A DNA stretch of 63,997 bases, counting the filler, from Gonapodya sp. JEL0774 (taxonomy: Eukaryota), in assembly GCA_027604505.1 (NCBI GenBank). It is 5 parts of 5 records of this genome, joined end to end, with 100 filler letters (N's around TTAATTAATTAA, not from the genome) between each part and the next. Parts side by side here need not be neighbours in the genome. Positions count along the whole stretch, not along the records: positions 51,937 to 63,997 come from JADIIX010000350.1; 4 more parts are not named here. One strand, written 5' to 3'. This document shows, piece after piece, positions 51,937-63,866 of this stretch. Under the pieces are notes generated by a model. It did no database searches, was not told where the DNA came from, and saw nothing but the letters and a program-made list of their open reading frames with translations. Both the position numbers and the translations under genes were made by a program. Numbering within the stretch: the stretch's first letter is position 1; each line of letters begins with the position of its first letter.

Positions 51937-53206
51937 ACCAAAGACTTTGAGATATATTCCTATGATGATCTTTTTAATGTTGGTATTGCCAGCAAGGAGA
52001 AGAGCAAGGCTGCAGGATATTTAAGTTGGGCCATGCACAAGGACTCAGATGAGCGAGCTATGTTTCTTGTATATGTTAGGTGTTCAGGTCAGCGTTCATA
52101 AATGTACGACTAGTGTCTGCAACAGTGATCAGCATTATTCTTCCAATTGGTGCAAGCCTATGAAAGGGATAACCCATGCATACAGAGTTTTTTACACGCA
52201 GGTACTGAGGTCCTTCTTTGGATCCTTGAAAGTTTTATTTTCAAGGATATTCTGTCTGGAGTTCTCAAATAGTCATACTGTTTGAATCAATTGACTGCAC
52301 CAAACTCCCACCTGTAGCACCTCCTCCCAATTCTCATCCAATGTGGTTATCTACTTCTCAATCTGTTCCAGCTCCACCCACTATTCCTCTTGTACCTTGC
52401 AAAGGTGTGGTACTCCACCTTTAACCTTTAAGGTGGAGTATATCGGCTTGATTTGGTCCTTGTAGTATGGGGTAGTGATCAGCTTGTCCTAGAGCGCATT
52501 TTTTTTGAATGTAGTCGTGATGCAAGCCCATGCAGGCACCTTGAAGCCTAAGTCCAGTAGACTGCCCTGCAATTGGATTGTGACTGCCTCCACTGCATTG
52601 ATACCAAGTCAACGGAGCTCTGGCATCCAGTCTGCACAAGGCTTCTTGACCTTCTTGGAAGAATCACCATCTGAGTTTGTCCTTCCCTTTTGTGGGGCAT
52701 TGGTGGTATATCAATTTGTGCAGATGATATTGAAGGCTTCTTATTGGTTTCTGTCATAACTATTTTTGCATTTGTTGTACCAAACAGTACTCAAAAACCG
52801 AATTCTCCAAAACCAGGGTTTTGGAATGTTTTGGAGTTAGTGCCAAACATGTGACCCTCCCAGGGATCACGTCAGGGAACCAAATGAGATGGGCTACGAT
52901 GGAATGTGAATAGAAGGAAAACAATACAAACAGCTCACGTCCTACCTATGATGGAGTGAACTCAAGCAAACCTAAAGAAACTAAAACCCTCAAACTAGGA
53001 TCACCCAGTGGGCTCTGTGCCACATGACCCCAAATCACGTGACGAATCCCTACACCGCCACCACTGTCCTAGCGGTAAGCTGACAAAGGTCACCAAAGGT
53101 GACAAAACACCAGCCTCCAAACCCCCAAAGCAATAAAAGGAGTTTTGAGAAGTTGTGGAGAAAACTCCCCCAAAACTTCTGGTTTCAGGGGCAGCCAAAC
53201 AGGCTC
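51937..53206 (-). mobile_element. Decayed PIF/Harbinger DNA transposon (Myb/SANT-like ORF pseudogene plus one TIR)
   Basis: Minus strand ~52700-52310 reads DW...GFKVPAW..I...F...QIK..Y.TLK.EY..F......SGWSW...W with stops and frameshifts; end GAGCCTGTTTGG at 53206-53195 is Harbinger-like. Confidence 0.6.
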
Positions 53207-53994
53207 TGATCAAAACCACGTTTTCAGACATGTCATTTATGGCCTCTCAAGTTGATCCAGCTCCTCATATGGGTGGTTGGACTTAGTGCAAGTCTGACAA
53301 GCCTCATCAAGAGGGCAAGCTTCCCAGCCTAAAGCAGGCCTGTTATGTAATTATTATGTTTCTGTGGGTCCAAACCAAATTTTTTATGTTCATATGTGTA
53401 TGACTGGTTTCCCTAGTACACATTTGTATTAATTCCAGAAAGTGGCCTAACCAGATGGTGAGATCTCACAGATACATAATAAACCCATCAGAACAACTTT
53501 TTTGGTGAACTGCTCACAGCACAGCTTGAGTGGAAAACAGGGGTTGCCCCAAATGTCACTTGTAGTTTCATTTACAAAGAACCAAAGGACACGGGGTGGA
53601 GCCCATTTTAAAATTATATGCCCAAATTAGTACTGCCATAGCAATAAAAAATTGTAAACTTATGCAGTAACACTGTCCATGTCTATGTCCCCAAGCTGTT
53701 TTCCTGTTTATTAGAGATGCAGTGGTTGTTATTGATGGTGATCTTGGGGATGGTAGAAGACCCATTCACAGTCTGTTGGTTGGAGCTTTGGAACAGTTTT
53801 GCTGCTGGATTTGCAAGTTTCCTGTTAAACACAGAGATCTTGGTGTGGAGCAACCCCATTTGGCCAGTTGGAAGGAGAGGCGATGGTATTTGGCATCTTG
53901 TCTAGAATGCCAATGTTGTCAGCAATGTGGCTGAGCCTGGTGATTATTTCCTGAAGACAGAATTAGATATGGTGTGTGTTGATGCCCAGCAACT

Positions 53995-54294
53995 TGTGGT
54001 GGTTCGCGGCGGAACCGGTGGGTTTCTGTCCCGAAACTCAATTGTATGTATATCTGAACTCGTACAGTGTGTCACCGAACGGTCACATCCGAGCCGCCGG
54101 CACAACTAAGATCACTAGAAAAATCTAAAAACTACTCTATACGCATCTGTATACTAATAGATATCATGTCTATCCAAGGAATGGGTGCCGCGACCAGGAG
54201 TGACGCGTGGAGGTGAACGGGGACGACAGTTGTCGTGCTCGTGGGGTCACGTGACTCCGGCTAAACTCCCGCTTTTAGCCGTCGTCTCACAACA
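53995..54294 (-). mobile_element. Solo LTR (300 bp) with 4-bp TSD AACT
   Basis: TG...CA termini (TGTGGTG...CACAACA); AACT at 53991-53994 and 54295-54298; near-identical copy starts at 63867. Confidence 0.85.
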
Positions 54295-54573
54295 AACTCT
54301 GGGTGAGCAGTGGGGCTGGGAGAAGTCTTGTGTTTCTTGCCAGGACTGGTGGGTACTTTTGGTTTAAGGTTTGGAGGTTCTGGAACTCCAAGTAAGTCAT
54401 ACAATATTGTACCCGTAATGTGGTAGCTTTAATTTATGCATATTTCACATCCCCAAGTGTCATGCTGCTAGAGAGATTCAAATAATAGAGTCGTAACACC
54501 ATCACTGCATAAAGTTCTTGCTTCTCATGGAGACTAGAGTATTAGCCTCCAAAAACACCGATCAAATCGTTGT

Positions 54574-54799
54574 CATACAAAAGTCAATTTCAAGGTCAGA
54601 ATGAAGAAAACTTGCAGACAGAAAAAAGTACTGATATGGGTCAGAAAAAAGTAATTGTGAATCAGAAAAAAGAATTTGGAGAGGCAGATAAAAGTACCTT
54701 CATTTAGATTGAAGTAAACTGGTCTGTCAGAAAAAGTACCGATTTGGGTCGGATAAAAGACTTACGGGGGTCAGGTAAAAGTATTTTCCGGGGAACACT
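54574..54799. repeat. Phased ~22-bp array, likely subterminal repeats of a hAT-like element end
   Basis: About 10 copies of a CAGAWAAAAGWA-like core every 20-23 bp, ending in GGGGAACACT (reverse complement AGTGTTCCCC). Confidence 0.6.
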
Positions 54800-57700
54800 T
54801 TGCAGGACAAATTTGATTCAGCACGCGATCTATCTCCATATCTCGAAAGGGAGCACTCGCATCAGCGGAAGGCATCCATTCTCGGTCGGTCTTGTGGATC
54901 GTGATGGACGAGGAAAATCCAACGATCAACTCTGGGAGATGTCTTCGCAACCCTTCCGTGCTTGGTACGATTACGCCGCCGATTTCATGCGAGATATCAC
55001 CGAGAACATGCAGCGATTTTCCTGGATTCAATCTTGGTGCCATGAAACCGTCAGTCTTGTTTGCCGATTACGTGACTTTTTCCTGCTTTGTTGGAGGCCG
55101 TAGAGACCTTGGGTTTCGCGAGCTTCCCACAACTGAAAGCACTTTGCTGGATTTGTGTGGCAGAGGCAGAAGACATTTTGCCTCGTTGGGCATGGATGCT
55201 TCTGTGGTTATAACTTGAGGGCAGAATGTTTCACTCCACTGCACCTACTTTTGGGCATCGTTTTGAGGGGACCTCTGGTTTCAGAGCGCATTCTATATGA
55301 CCCGTGCCTTGTAATTTTGAGCGGAAAGCGGTGCGTGTTTCGAGTGTTTGCGCAAAACAAAACTCTTCAGAACGCAGATGGACACTGAAAGCGAGCTTCT
55401 CTTCGGAGCACTGAAAGAATCAGCGATCAGCATGGCAGTATGAGCGTGGAAACTCTTGGAAACTGCTTTTTATACACAGCGGCTGTAGAATTTGGAACAG
55501 ACTGATTGGGGTTATGTTTGACGCAAACTGTTCCGTGCAAGTTTACTGTGAACCTTTGCGGTTGGCAAAAGTAGTGTAACATGACAATGCACGAGCAGAT
55601 TGTTGCGGGTTGATTGTGGAAGGCGGGAACTTTTTGAGATCCGATATGCATAATTCTCGACTGGCCAATTGAAATGGCGTGTTCTTATTGGCCGCGACTG
55701 TCTTGCAGATTGTGTCAGTGTATTTACTTATTGCATTGATGACCAACAAAGATGCTTGATAATGCTTTGTTTCTGCTGACGTCAGCGTGCTTGGTCCGCT
55801 TTGGAAACACTTTCCTCCCTCATTCACTCATGAAGATTCCCAACAATTTTTTGCACCAACAACGCTCAATCTATGCCTTTGTGCTCTGGCGTTTCCAAGC
55901 GGCCACTATTGGGCCATTTCTGTCTTGCACCCGCAAGCGTGCACCCGGATGGGAGGGAAAAGCCCTCAACACGGTGTGGTTAGGGGTTTTTGAGACGATG
56001 CCTGAAAGAGTCTAAATCTCCCCAAAACCCCATTTCGAGGAATATTGAGGAATCGTGGTAGGAACAACAGTGGAGGTGGGACTTGGGTGATGTATTATGG
56101 GAGGTCTAAAGAGGGAATACTAGAAAGACAGTCTACTTGATACAAATTTGATGTAGATTTTGTTCTCGGGCAGCATTGGGGGAGTTCAAACCACGTACTA
56201 CGAGACTGAACCTGTGAATGTCGGAGGACCAGAGAAAAGGGAAGATTGTACCGAAAGAGACAGCCCAGTTTGTGAAAAAATAATAAAAAAATTTTCCCAA
56301 ATCCTTCGTTCGCGATCATATAAGTTCTCTTTTAATGAGAGTGAGCTGGCACTTCGGACTGTCCTGTTGTGGGCCAGTGTTGTGACTTCTCGCGTTGAGG
56401 CAGCACACTCCACCAGAATACCCCGCCCCCCACAAATGAGTTTCAACCGAACTTCAATAATATTCGATGATCGGCTGCCAGAAAACCACTCAGATGATTC
56501 GATCAAGTTGTAGATCTCACGAGAACGGGGTCGGGGTCCATGCAATGGCTGGATGTGAGTGATGGACAAGGAAGAGCTTGATCGGAAAGCTAGAAAACCC
56601 CGCCAACGGGTATATAGAAATATGACTGAGCATGCCGTGAGAGCTACGAGGAATATGACGATTAATGCGTTTTGGGACCGGCATATTCTGTGGCACTGGG
56701 AACGCGAAGAATCGTCCATGAGTCCCTCGAAGTTCAAGCACAGCTGAATTTCCGCTTTTGCAATCACATTTAGTATTGCAAAAGTAGAGATTCAGTGCTT
56801 GAAATGGACGATCTAACTCCGAGATGATCTTGAACCACGAATTGTATCAAACGACAATCGCACCTCAAGCCGACCAAGCCCTTATGGGAAGATCTGTGGC
56901 GTTAATACTGACAACGCTGATCTATCGTGGCCTTGGAGTTTCTGCGCGTGGGATTACCGTGTGTGGCCCTCGATCTGCAGAGTCATCATCCCCTTCCACC
57001 TTCTATCCAGACTCCAAGACTACTAGCAAATGCTGCCTCTTTTGCAACGTTCCCTTCGGCTTCTTTCTCCTTTCAAACACGCTGCTCTTCTCGTTTCTTC
57101 TTCCGCTTCTCTGCCCTGTCAAGCTCTGTCTTCTTGATGTGGTTCTGAGTGATGCCTTTAGAAAACGCGGTGACAAATTCTTCGACAAAACCGAGCAGGG
57201 CTTACGGCAGTTTTTGTTTGGTGCGCTTTCTTTGCGTTCCTGTCGGCGTCAGCAGGACTCCAAATTGCATGATAGTCATTCAGCTCCTCAGTAAGGTACT
57301 CGGCAGTCGTGGTGAAAGAGTTCTTGGTCTCAAGTATCGCCTCGCGGATGTCTCGGAACAGATTTCTCCGCCATTTCAAGGAACAGCGCGAAATTCTTCT
57401 CAAAAGTGTCGGCGGTTGGTAGTCGGGTATCTCCGTGGCGTGGCGTCAACATCGGAGATTGTCTTTGGCAGCGTACGGTATTGTAGCCGGCCAATTGATC
57501 CCAGCGATTCTGAACAGCTTGATAGGCAGGCCTCAATGATCAGAGGAATGGAAATGCACTTTGCATCTTCCAGCTCCTTGGGATCAGTTGGAAGCTTTGT
57601 CACGTCCCCCGGCAAAGGCTCCGAATCCCGCCCCGCTTTCATCCTTCACTGCAAGCACCACATATCCTTTATTCTCGAGTGGGTTGTACATGGTGCGTAT

Positions 57701-58877
57701 GGTTGAAGCATGGAGCGGGAGTGAGGCAGCCAAGGTCCGGACCGAGTTGAGGAAAAAGATGCGTGCACAGCTTTAGCGAGAGTTGTGAGAGGCTCGAGAC
57801 GCAGCTTCAGAGCGACTAATTGAAGGTACTACAAAGGAGCTCTGGTGCCTGCTCTGCAAACATCCAGATCCCGCATCGATCACATCCACGCCAATACCCT
57901 CATGGCGCCGGCTAGTGCATCTCGAAGTCCGCCATCCTCCTCAGTCACAACGACACTGTGCTTCAACCTAGCGACCACCGAGGCAGGAACGCTCACATTG
58001 TGCCCCAGCGCGCGTGCCGGAGGTTGTGGGATCGATTGGTGGAGGAGAACGGGAGGAGAGCGGCGAGCGAGCGACGGGAGCAAGAACAAAGATTTATGTG
58101 CGTGCTTGTGGGTGTGTTGCCTGGAGGTGGCAGTGGCATCAGGTGATCGAGATGGAGGATCTTTTTGTTGGAGAGCACCCCGTTCCCATTGCTGTCGCCC
58201 AACTCGACAATGTCCGACCTCCAATCGTCATTTCGATCACTTATACTCTCTACTGTCACTGCCAGAATCAATCGCACTGCTCTCGGCGTCGTCATCGTCT
58301 TCCTCATCGTCCTCCCTCGGAGTCTGGTGCCTCAGCGCGGCATCGACTCGTCGCATGGGCAGACGCAAACCAAATTCCACGCTGACATAGGAGTCTGCAG
58401 GCGGGTGCACCATACGAATGAAGGAGGAGCCACGACGAGACATTGGCTTTATTAATGATTGTTAGAAAAGGGAGCCCAGCCGCGATTGGGGTTTGTGACC
58501 ATTGTCACGGTGTTGGAAGAGGTGGTTGGTGATACACAAGAGGTTACAGGGGAGGCCATTCCGAGAGTGGTGGAAGTTAGCACGGGCTGTGGACGCGAAC
58601 GGGCCGACGGGGACGCGGCGCTACCGACCAATAAGTTGCATATTCGTCGGTTCTTGAGGTTGCACGCTTTTGAAGTGGATTTGACGAGTATAAGTGGACC
58701 TGGGTGGTGAGGGTGGGGACGAGGGTTAGGGTGGGACCCCGTGGGTAGGTGCCGTGGGCATGAGTGCGGGGGGGGGATGCTGAGAGTCGAAGGATCCGGA
58801 TGAGAAAGAGATTCATTGCTGCAGTGCGAGCGGGTGCGATTCTTTGTCAGTCCGAGCTGCACCTTTTCCAGCAAAGT

Positions 58878-59094
58878 TGTCACCCCCCAAGGGGTAACAT
58901 GGGCAGTGCAGGGTGCACAGGAAGATGTGGATTATCCGCTGCTAGTATTAGTGCGCACACCTGACCAGACTCCCTAGAAGAGTCAACTCTATTGGTCAGG
59001 TGAGCAGGCGCAGAGCTGGACTCTAGCCGCCTATTTTCCTTGCTGTATATTCACATGATACATCTCTATTGGTCAGAGTCTCCTAGGCGTGACA
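58878..59094 (+). repeat. 5' LTR (217 bp)
   Basis: TGTCAC...GTGACA terminal inverted repeats directly upstream of the primer site and gag; the 3' LTR is not in the window. Confidence 0.8.
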
Positions 59095-59095
59095 T

Positions 59096-59109
59096 TTGAC
59101 TCTTCTAGG
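59096..59109 (+). promoter_or_regulatory. Self-priming primer binding site
   Basis: TTGACTCTTCTAGG is the exact reverse complement of CCTAGAAGAGTCAA at 58973-58986 in the LTR; it lacks the TGG start of a tRNA PBS. Confidence 0.8.
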
Positions 59110-59200
59110 AAAGAAAACGCGACCCAACGTCTAGGAACGCTGTTCTGCTCTCTTCCCAAATCCCACCAAAAAAACGTACGACAACAGGGAAACCTCTAGC

Positions 59201-60427
59201 ATGACCGGCAGATCTGAAGACGATCCAAAAAAGGCCTTGGGTCCACCTCCCACGCTTCAAGAAACATACACGGATCAGACAACTGCGGCGAACAAACAGG
59301 CCCCATACGTCAGTCCAGAACAAAAAACCGGCGATCTCAACCGACCACTCCAGGTTCTGACGTCTGAAATCACAGCGCTGAAAAAGGACTACGAAAATGT
59401 CCGTCTACAACTCAACAGAGTCATCGAAGTCAACCGTCACCTTCAAAACCAAATTGACGAACGTGAGATCCGCCATGAGGAAACAACAATGGACCCAGGA
59501 CTCACGACAAACCAACAATCCGAAATCGACTCGCTCCTCTCGCCACTACTCTACCAACTGGACTCTTTCCGACGCCAGTTCCACAGTCTCACCAACGAGA
59601 ACATTGAATTACGGACTGAGATGGACACCATTCGGAAACAGTTGGCCGAGCAAACCACAAAACCCACCTCCGCTGCGCAGACGTTCGCACGCTCCACATC
59701 TCCGCAAATCAAGGCGTCCCCACTCCCTGAGCTCGATGGAGATACAACAAAATACAAAGCATGGAGATCTCTGCTCGGACACCACATGATCCTACGGGGA
59801 CATGAATTCTCGAACGCACTGACACGAACGACATGGGTCGCAACCTCACTTCGGGGCACAGCGCAAACCTGGTACACTACGTGGTACAACCGAGAAATTG
59901 CAGCCGATGGAGAGTTTGAATGGGTCCGTTTCTTACGGGACATGGATGCAGTTTTTGGCGATCCCCTGGAGGAACAGAACGCACGATACGAGCTTGGAAG
60001 GTTGCGCATGAAGGACACAGAACGATTCGGGGAGTACCTGATTCGTTTCCAGGCTCTTCGCGACATGCTCGAATACCCGGATCGCGCTCTGATCGCACCG
60101 TTCGAACAAGGTTTGTGGCCGTCAATCAAGGAGAAACTACGCATGTCATCCTACGACTCGGAGGATCTACAAAGTACCATCAATATGGCACGGAAATTGG
60201 CAATTACGGCGATACCACCAACACGCTCCTACGGCAAACAGACCACGCCCAGATCTCAAATCACCACGACAGAGCAGCCCGGGCCAACGACCCAAAAGTT
60301 CTGGTGCGACAAACACAAGGAAAACTATACACACAAAACGGAGGAGTGCAGGTGGAAACAGAAGAATGACAAGGAGGAACTGTCAGGAACTGGGTCGACG
60401 GCGGGAAACGTGAGGGTCCAGGGGTGA
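59201..60427 (+). CDS. gag: Retrotransposon Gag
   Basis: Coiled coil, capsid-like LRGTAQTWY...F.....F.DP......L..L......Y...F, and a C-x2-H-x5-H-x4-C knuckle (CDKHKENYTHKTEEC). Confidence 0.9.
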   Translation: MTGRSEDDPKKALGPPPTLQETYTDQTTAANKQAPYVSPEQKTGDLNRPLQVLTSEITALKKDYENVRLQLNRVIEVNRHLQNQIDEREIRHEETTMDPGLTTNQQSEIDSLLSPLLYQLDSFRRQFHSLTNENIELRTEMDTIRKQLAEQTTKPTSAAQTFARSTSPQIKASPLPELDGDTTKYKAWRSLLGHHMILRGHEFSNALTRTTWVATSLRGTAQTWYTTWYNREIAADGEFEWVRFLRDMDAVFGDPLEEQNARYELGRLRMKDTERFGEYLIRFQALRDMLEYPDRALIAPFEQGLWPSIKEKLRMSSYDSEDLQSTINMARKLAITAIPPTRSYGKQTTPRSQITTTEQPGPTTQKFWCDKHKENYTHKTEECRWKQKNDKEELSGTGSTAGNVRVQG

Positions 60428-60480
60428 GACGCCATCCTCTGGACCAACCACTGGCGCGCGCTGATGGTAGCGGCGTCCGA
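60403..60480 (+). promoter_or_regulatory. -1 ribosomal frameshift signal
   Basis: G GGA AAC in the gag frame, followed by stem GGTCCAGGGG/CCTCTGGACC; the -1 frame opens into the protease (DLDSG). Confidence 0.8.
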
Positions 60481-63400
60481 GTGGGAGCAATCGAGACGGG
60501 ACAGCAAAAGTTACAAAAATGGAATGTAAAATTTACATTTCCAAATACACCGAAATCCCCGATCGTTGATCTTGACTCTGGATGCGACCTTCTGGCAATC
60601 ATGAATCCTACCTACGCAACCAACAACAACATTCCACAACAGCCAGTTGAACCGCCCATGATGGTCACTCTCGGCGACGGTACGCACTCCACCCCTTGAC
60701 CTCTTAACAAACGGGCAACATCTTACGACAAAAACGACTTTCCTACTACTTCCCCTTGGAAAATACGATATCCGACTTGGTCTACCTTGGTTTCGACTAC
60801 ACAACCCCACCATCCAATGGGATACCCTCGAGATTCTCACGATCCAAACCACCCCCCATGGCGGCCCCCCGCAACAAGGTCTTGCAGCGGCACGTGTGAA
60901 AGAGGTGACGGAAGCCCTGAGATCTGCGGGGGAGCCGCCGTGGGGGGACGTAATTGTTCCCCCGCCAGTAATGGCAAGTACCGAAACACGATCCGTCAAC
61001 ATTTCCGCATCACCTGCACTAAAAGAACCTTTCACACTACCCAAACATTGGCCTCCATATTACAAACGATTCACCCATCTATTTGATCCGTCCCGAGCAA
61101 ACACTCTACCACCGAGACGTGGAGAGTGGGATTTCAAAATCGAACTCCTTCCGGGGAAGTTGTTCCCTAAGGCCAAGGCACACTACCCGATGAAGGCGGA
61201 CCACATGACAGCACTCCGACAACAGATCACGGATCTACTGGTGAAGAAAGTCATCCGACCGTCATCATCATCAACAGCGTGCCCCGTGTTCTTCAAAAAG
61301 GAACCTGGTAAACTTCGCCTCTGCATGGATCTACGGGCAAAGAACCAGTGCATCAAGAGGAATGGTTACCGACTCCCGCACTTAAAGACACAACTCGACG
61401 ACATGGCCGGAGCAGACTACTATACGCATTTCGACTTCTCAAAGATGTTCCACCAATTCCGGGTACGTGACGAAGATGTAGAGAAGACAGCATTCACTTG
61501 CCCGTTAGGTACATTCGAAGTACTCACCATGTGGGAAGGATGGGGTCCCGCCCCCAGCCACGCACAGATGATCGGGGACGAAGTCAACCGACAGGCAACA
61601 ATTCGATTCCACCAAAAGTGTCGCGAAAACAACCTTGGAATTCCCACAGCCACGAACGCGATCGAAACGTATATCGACGACAACACGGCATACACCAAAG
61701 GCGGACGCACTCCGCAAAATGACATCTACCACGAACTCCTCGTTGTCTCCTTCTTGGAAACATGCGAAGAGTGGGGACTTATACTCAATGTGAACAAACA
61801 GGTAGTATGCGCAAAGAAGGTGATGCACGGAGGATTTGAGGTCAGCAAACAAGGATTGATTATACCCGAAGACAAACGTACCAAAGTCAACAAGATACCG
61901 AGGCCACAAAACTATAAGTCCCTCCAATCGCTTCTCGGACTCGGGACCCAGTATGCACGCTTCATACCAAACTACGCGGAACTGGTTCGGCCAATGCAGG
62001 AACTGATCGGCAAAAACAAGGTGTGGACATGGGGTCCAATACAGGAGGAATCGTTTCAAGCCCTTAAAGCGGCGGTACTGAACTCGAAGGTATTAAAACC
62101 AGTTCAACTCGACCAGCCATACACAATGTACGTAGACGCAAGTAAGTATGGAATCGGGGCGGTGCTCCTACAAAAAGACCAGCAAGACATTGAGATGCAC
62201 CCTGTGGAGTTCTTCTCGCACAAGCTGCATGGCCCGGAGATCAGATACGGGGTCGGAGACAAGGAGCTCCTGTCCATCCGCAACGCGCTCAAACACTGGG
62301 AACATCTGACGGCAAACACAGAAGGCACAATCCAAGTGCGTACCAATCACCGCAACTTGCTGTGGTTCACCACACAACAACGTCTCTCGCCACGCCAAGC
62401 ACGATGGGCAGAAGACCTAGCGCAGTTCAACTACGTCATCGTGCACATCCCAGGCTCGCAGAACAAAGTCGCCGACGCTCTCTCTCGGGATCCGGACTTT
62501 ACCCCAACTGACGCTGAAGAGGATGACGAAATGACGCAGATTGTAATCGACAGGGATCGTTTCTTGCCCCGACCGCACTATGCGCTTCCGCGCCTCTCTG
62601 AAGACCCGACAATCTCACCCCTTGGTGGTCCCCCGCAAACAAGGGTTGAAACCACGGCAACACGGTCTAATACACTGGCTGTGATTACCCCTGCGGGGGC
62701 GCCACCGCGGGGGGAGCAATCCCCCCCGTTGCAAATGGGGAGTAAACACGTTTCGTTCAATCTGCCTGCTACAGACATTGTATTCACGCCCCCGATCGAA
62801 CACAGAAACCCGGTCCACGGAGTTAACGCGATTGAAGCGGAACCACCCACTACACTACCAGTCACAGATCCAGCACGACGGGCGGAATTGCTAAAAGCTC
62901 GGCACGACGACCCAACGGCAGGACACCCGGGAATTGAGCGCACCTTGGACAATCTCCACCGCGATGGTTACCACTGGGACACAGACCAAAAGGACGTCGA
63001 GGACTACGTTCGGTCATGTGTCTCATGCCAGATGAACAAAACTGGTCACCACAAGCCGTATGGTGCGCTCCAACCCATCAAACCTCCAGAACAGCTCTGG
63101 GCAAGCGCACAGATGGACTTCATGACAAAACTCCCGAAGTGCACCTACCAAGACAAGATCTGGGACTCGATCATGGTAGTAATTTGCATGCTGGGTAAGA
63201 TGGCGCACTTCGTTGCGTGCAATGAATCCATGACTGCCGAACAGTGCGCCGACCTCTACTTCGACACTGTCTATCGTCTTCATGGACTCCAGCGAGTAAT
63301 TCTCTCGGATCGAGGACCTCAGTTCATGGCATCCTTCTGGCAACAATTATGGTCACGCATCGGCACCAAACCACAGCTCACAACGGCATGGCACCCGGAG

Positions 63401-63866
63401 GGAAACGGCGGGGCAGAACGACTCAACCAGAACCCGATTGCTTACCTTCGCCATTACGTAAACTACAACCAGAACGACTGGGCAAAGTACCTAAGTATGG
63501 CTGAGTTTGTGTATAATAACTCAGGGCATTCCACCACAGGCCAAACACCATTTTTCACGGAACACCTCTACCACCCAATCGTGGATCACCTCACCCCACT
63601 TCGCACAACTAAGCTCTCGGCACGCGGAGACGAAGCGGCGGAGGAGCGCTTGGCGATGATCGAACAACTGAAGGAGCATATGAAGATGGTGAAGGCGCGA
63701 ATGGCAAAACAGGAAAACCAGCACCGACAAGACGCACCTTTCGCAGTAGGCGATCTCGTCTGGCTCCTCACGAGAAATTTAACTACGTCTCGTCCCTCGA
63801 AGAAGTTAGACTACAAGAAGATCGGTCCCTACAAGATACTTGACAAAATCAATCCCGTCACCTTCC
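60403..63866 (+). pseudogene. pol: Pol polyprotein (PR-RT-RNaseH-IN) with a frameshift near 60695 and an LTR insertion at 63867
   Basis: DLDSG; YDIRLGLPWF; KLRLCMD, KTAF, YIDD; DASKYGIGAVL, KELL, ADALSR; HDDPTAGH...CVSC, MDF, SDRG, E; GPY. The frame is open from 60695 to the window end, so the ORF track omits it. Confidence 0.88.

Larger units (their letters stand above)
58878..63866 (+). mobile_element. Ty3/gypsy (Tf1/chromovirus-like) LTR retrotransposon, 3' part interrupted
   Basis: 5' LTR, primer site, gag, then pol in the order PR-RT-RH-IN. Confidence 0.95.

Noticed and set aside
54574..54799. CRISPR array
   Set aside because: Units are ~22 bp with degenerate cores and ~10-bp spacers, no cas genes, eukaryotic context.
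54800..58877. Fragmentary ORFs between the array and the gypsy LTR
   Set aside because: Multiple stops and frameshifts and no recognisable family; probably pseudogene or TE debris.
59551..63771. Minus-strand ORFs over gag/pol
   Set aside because: Antisense shadows of the retrotransposon coding frames.
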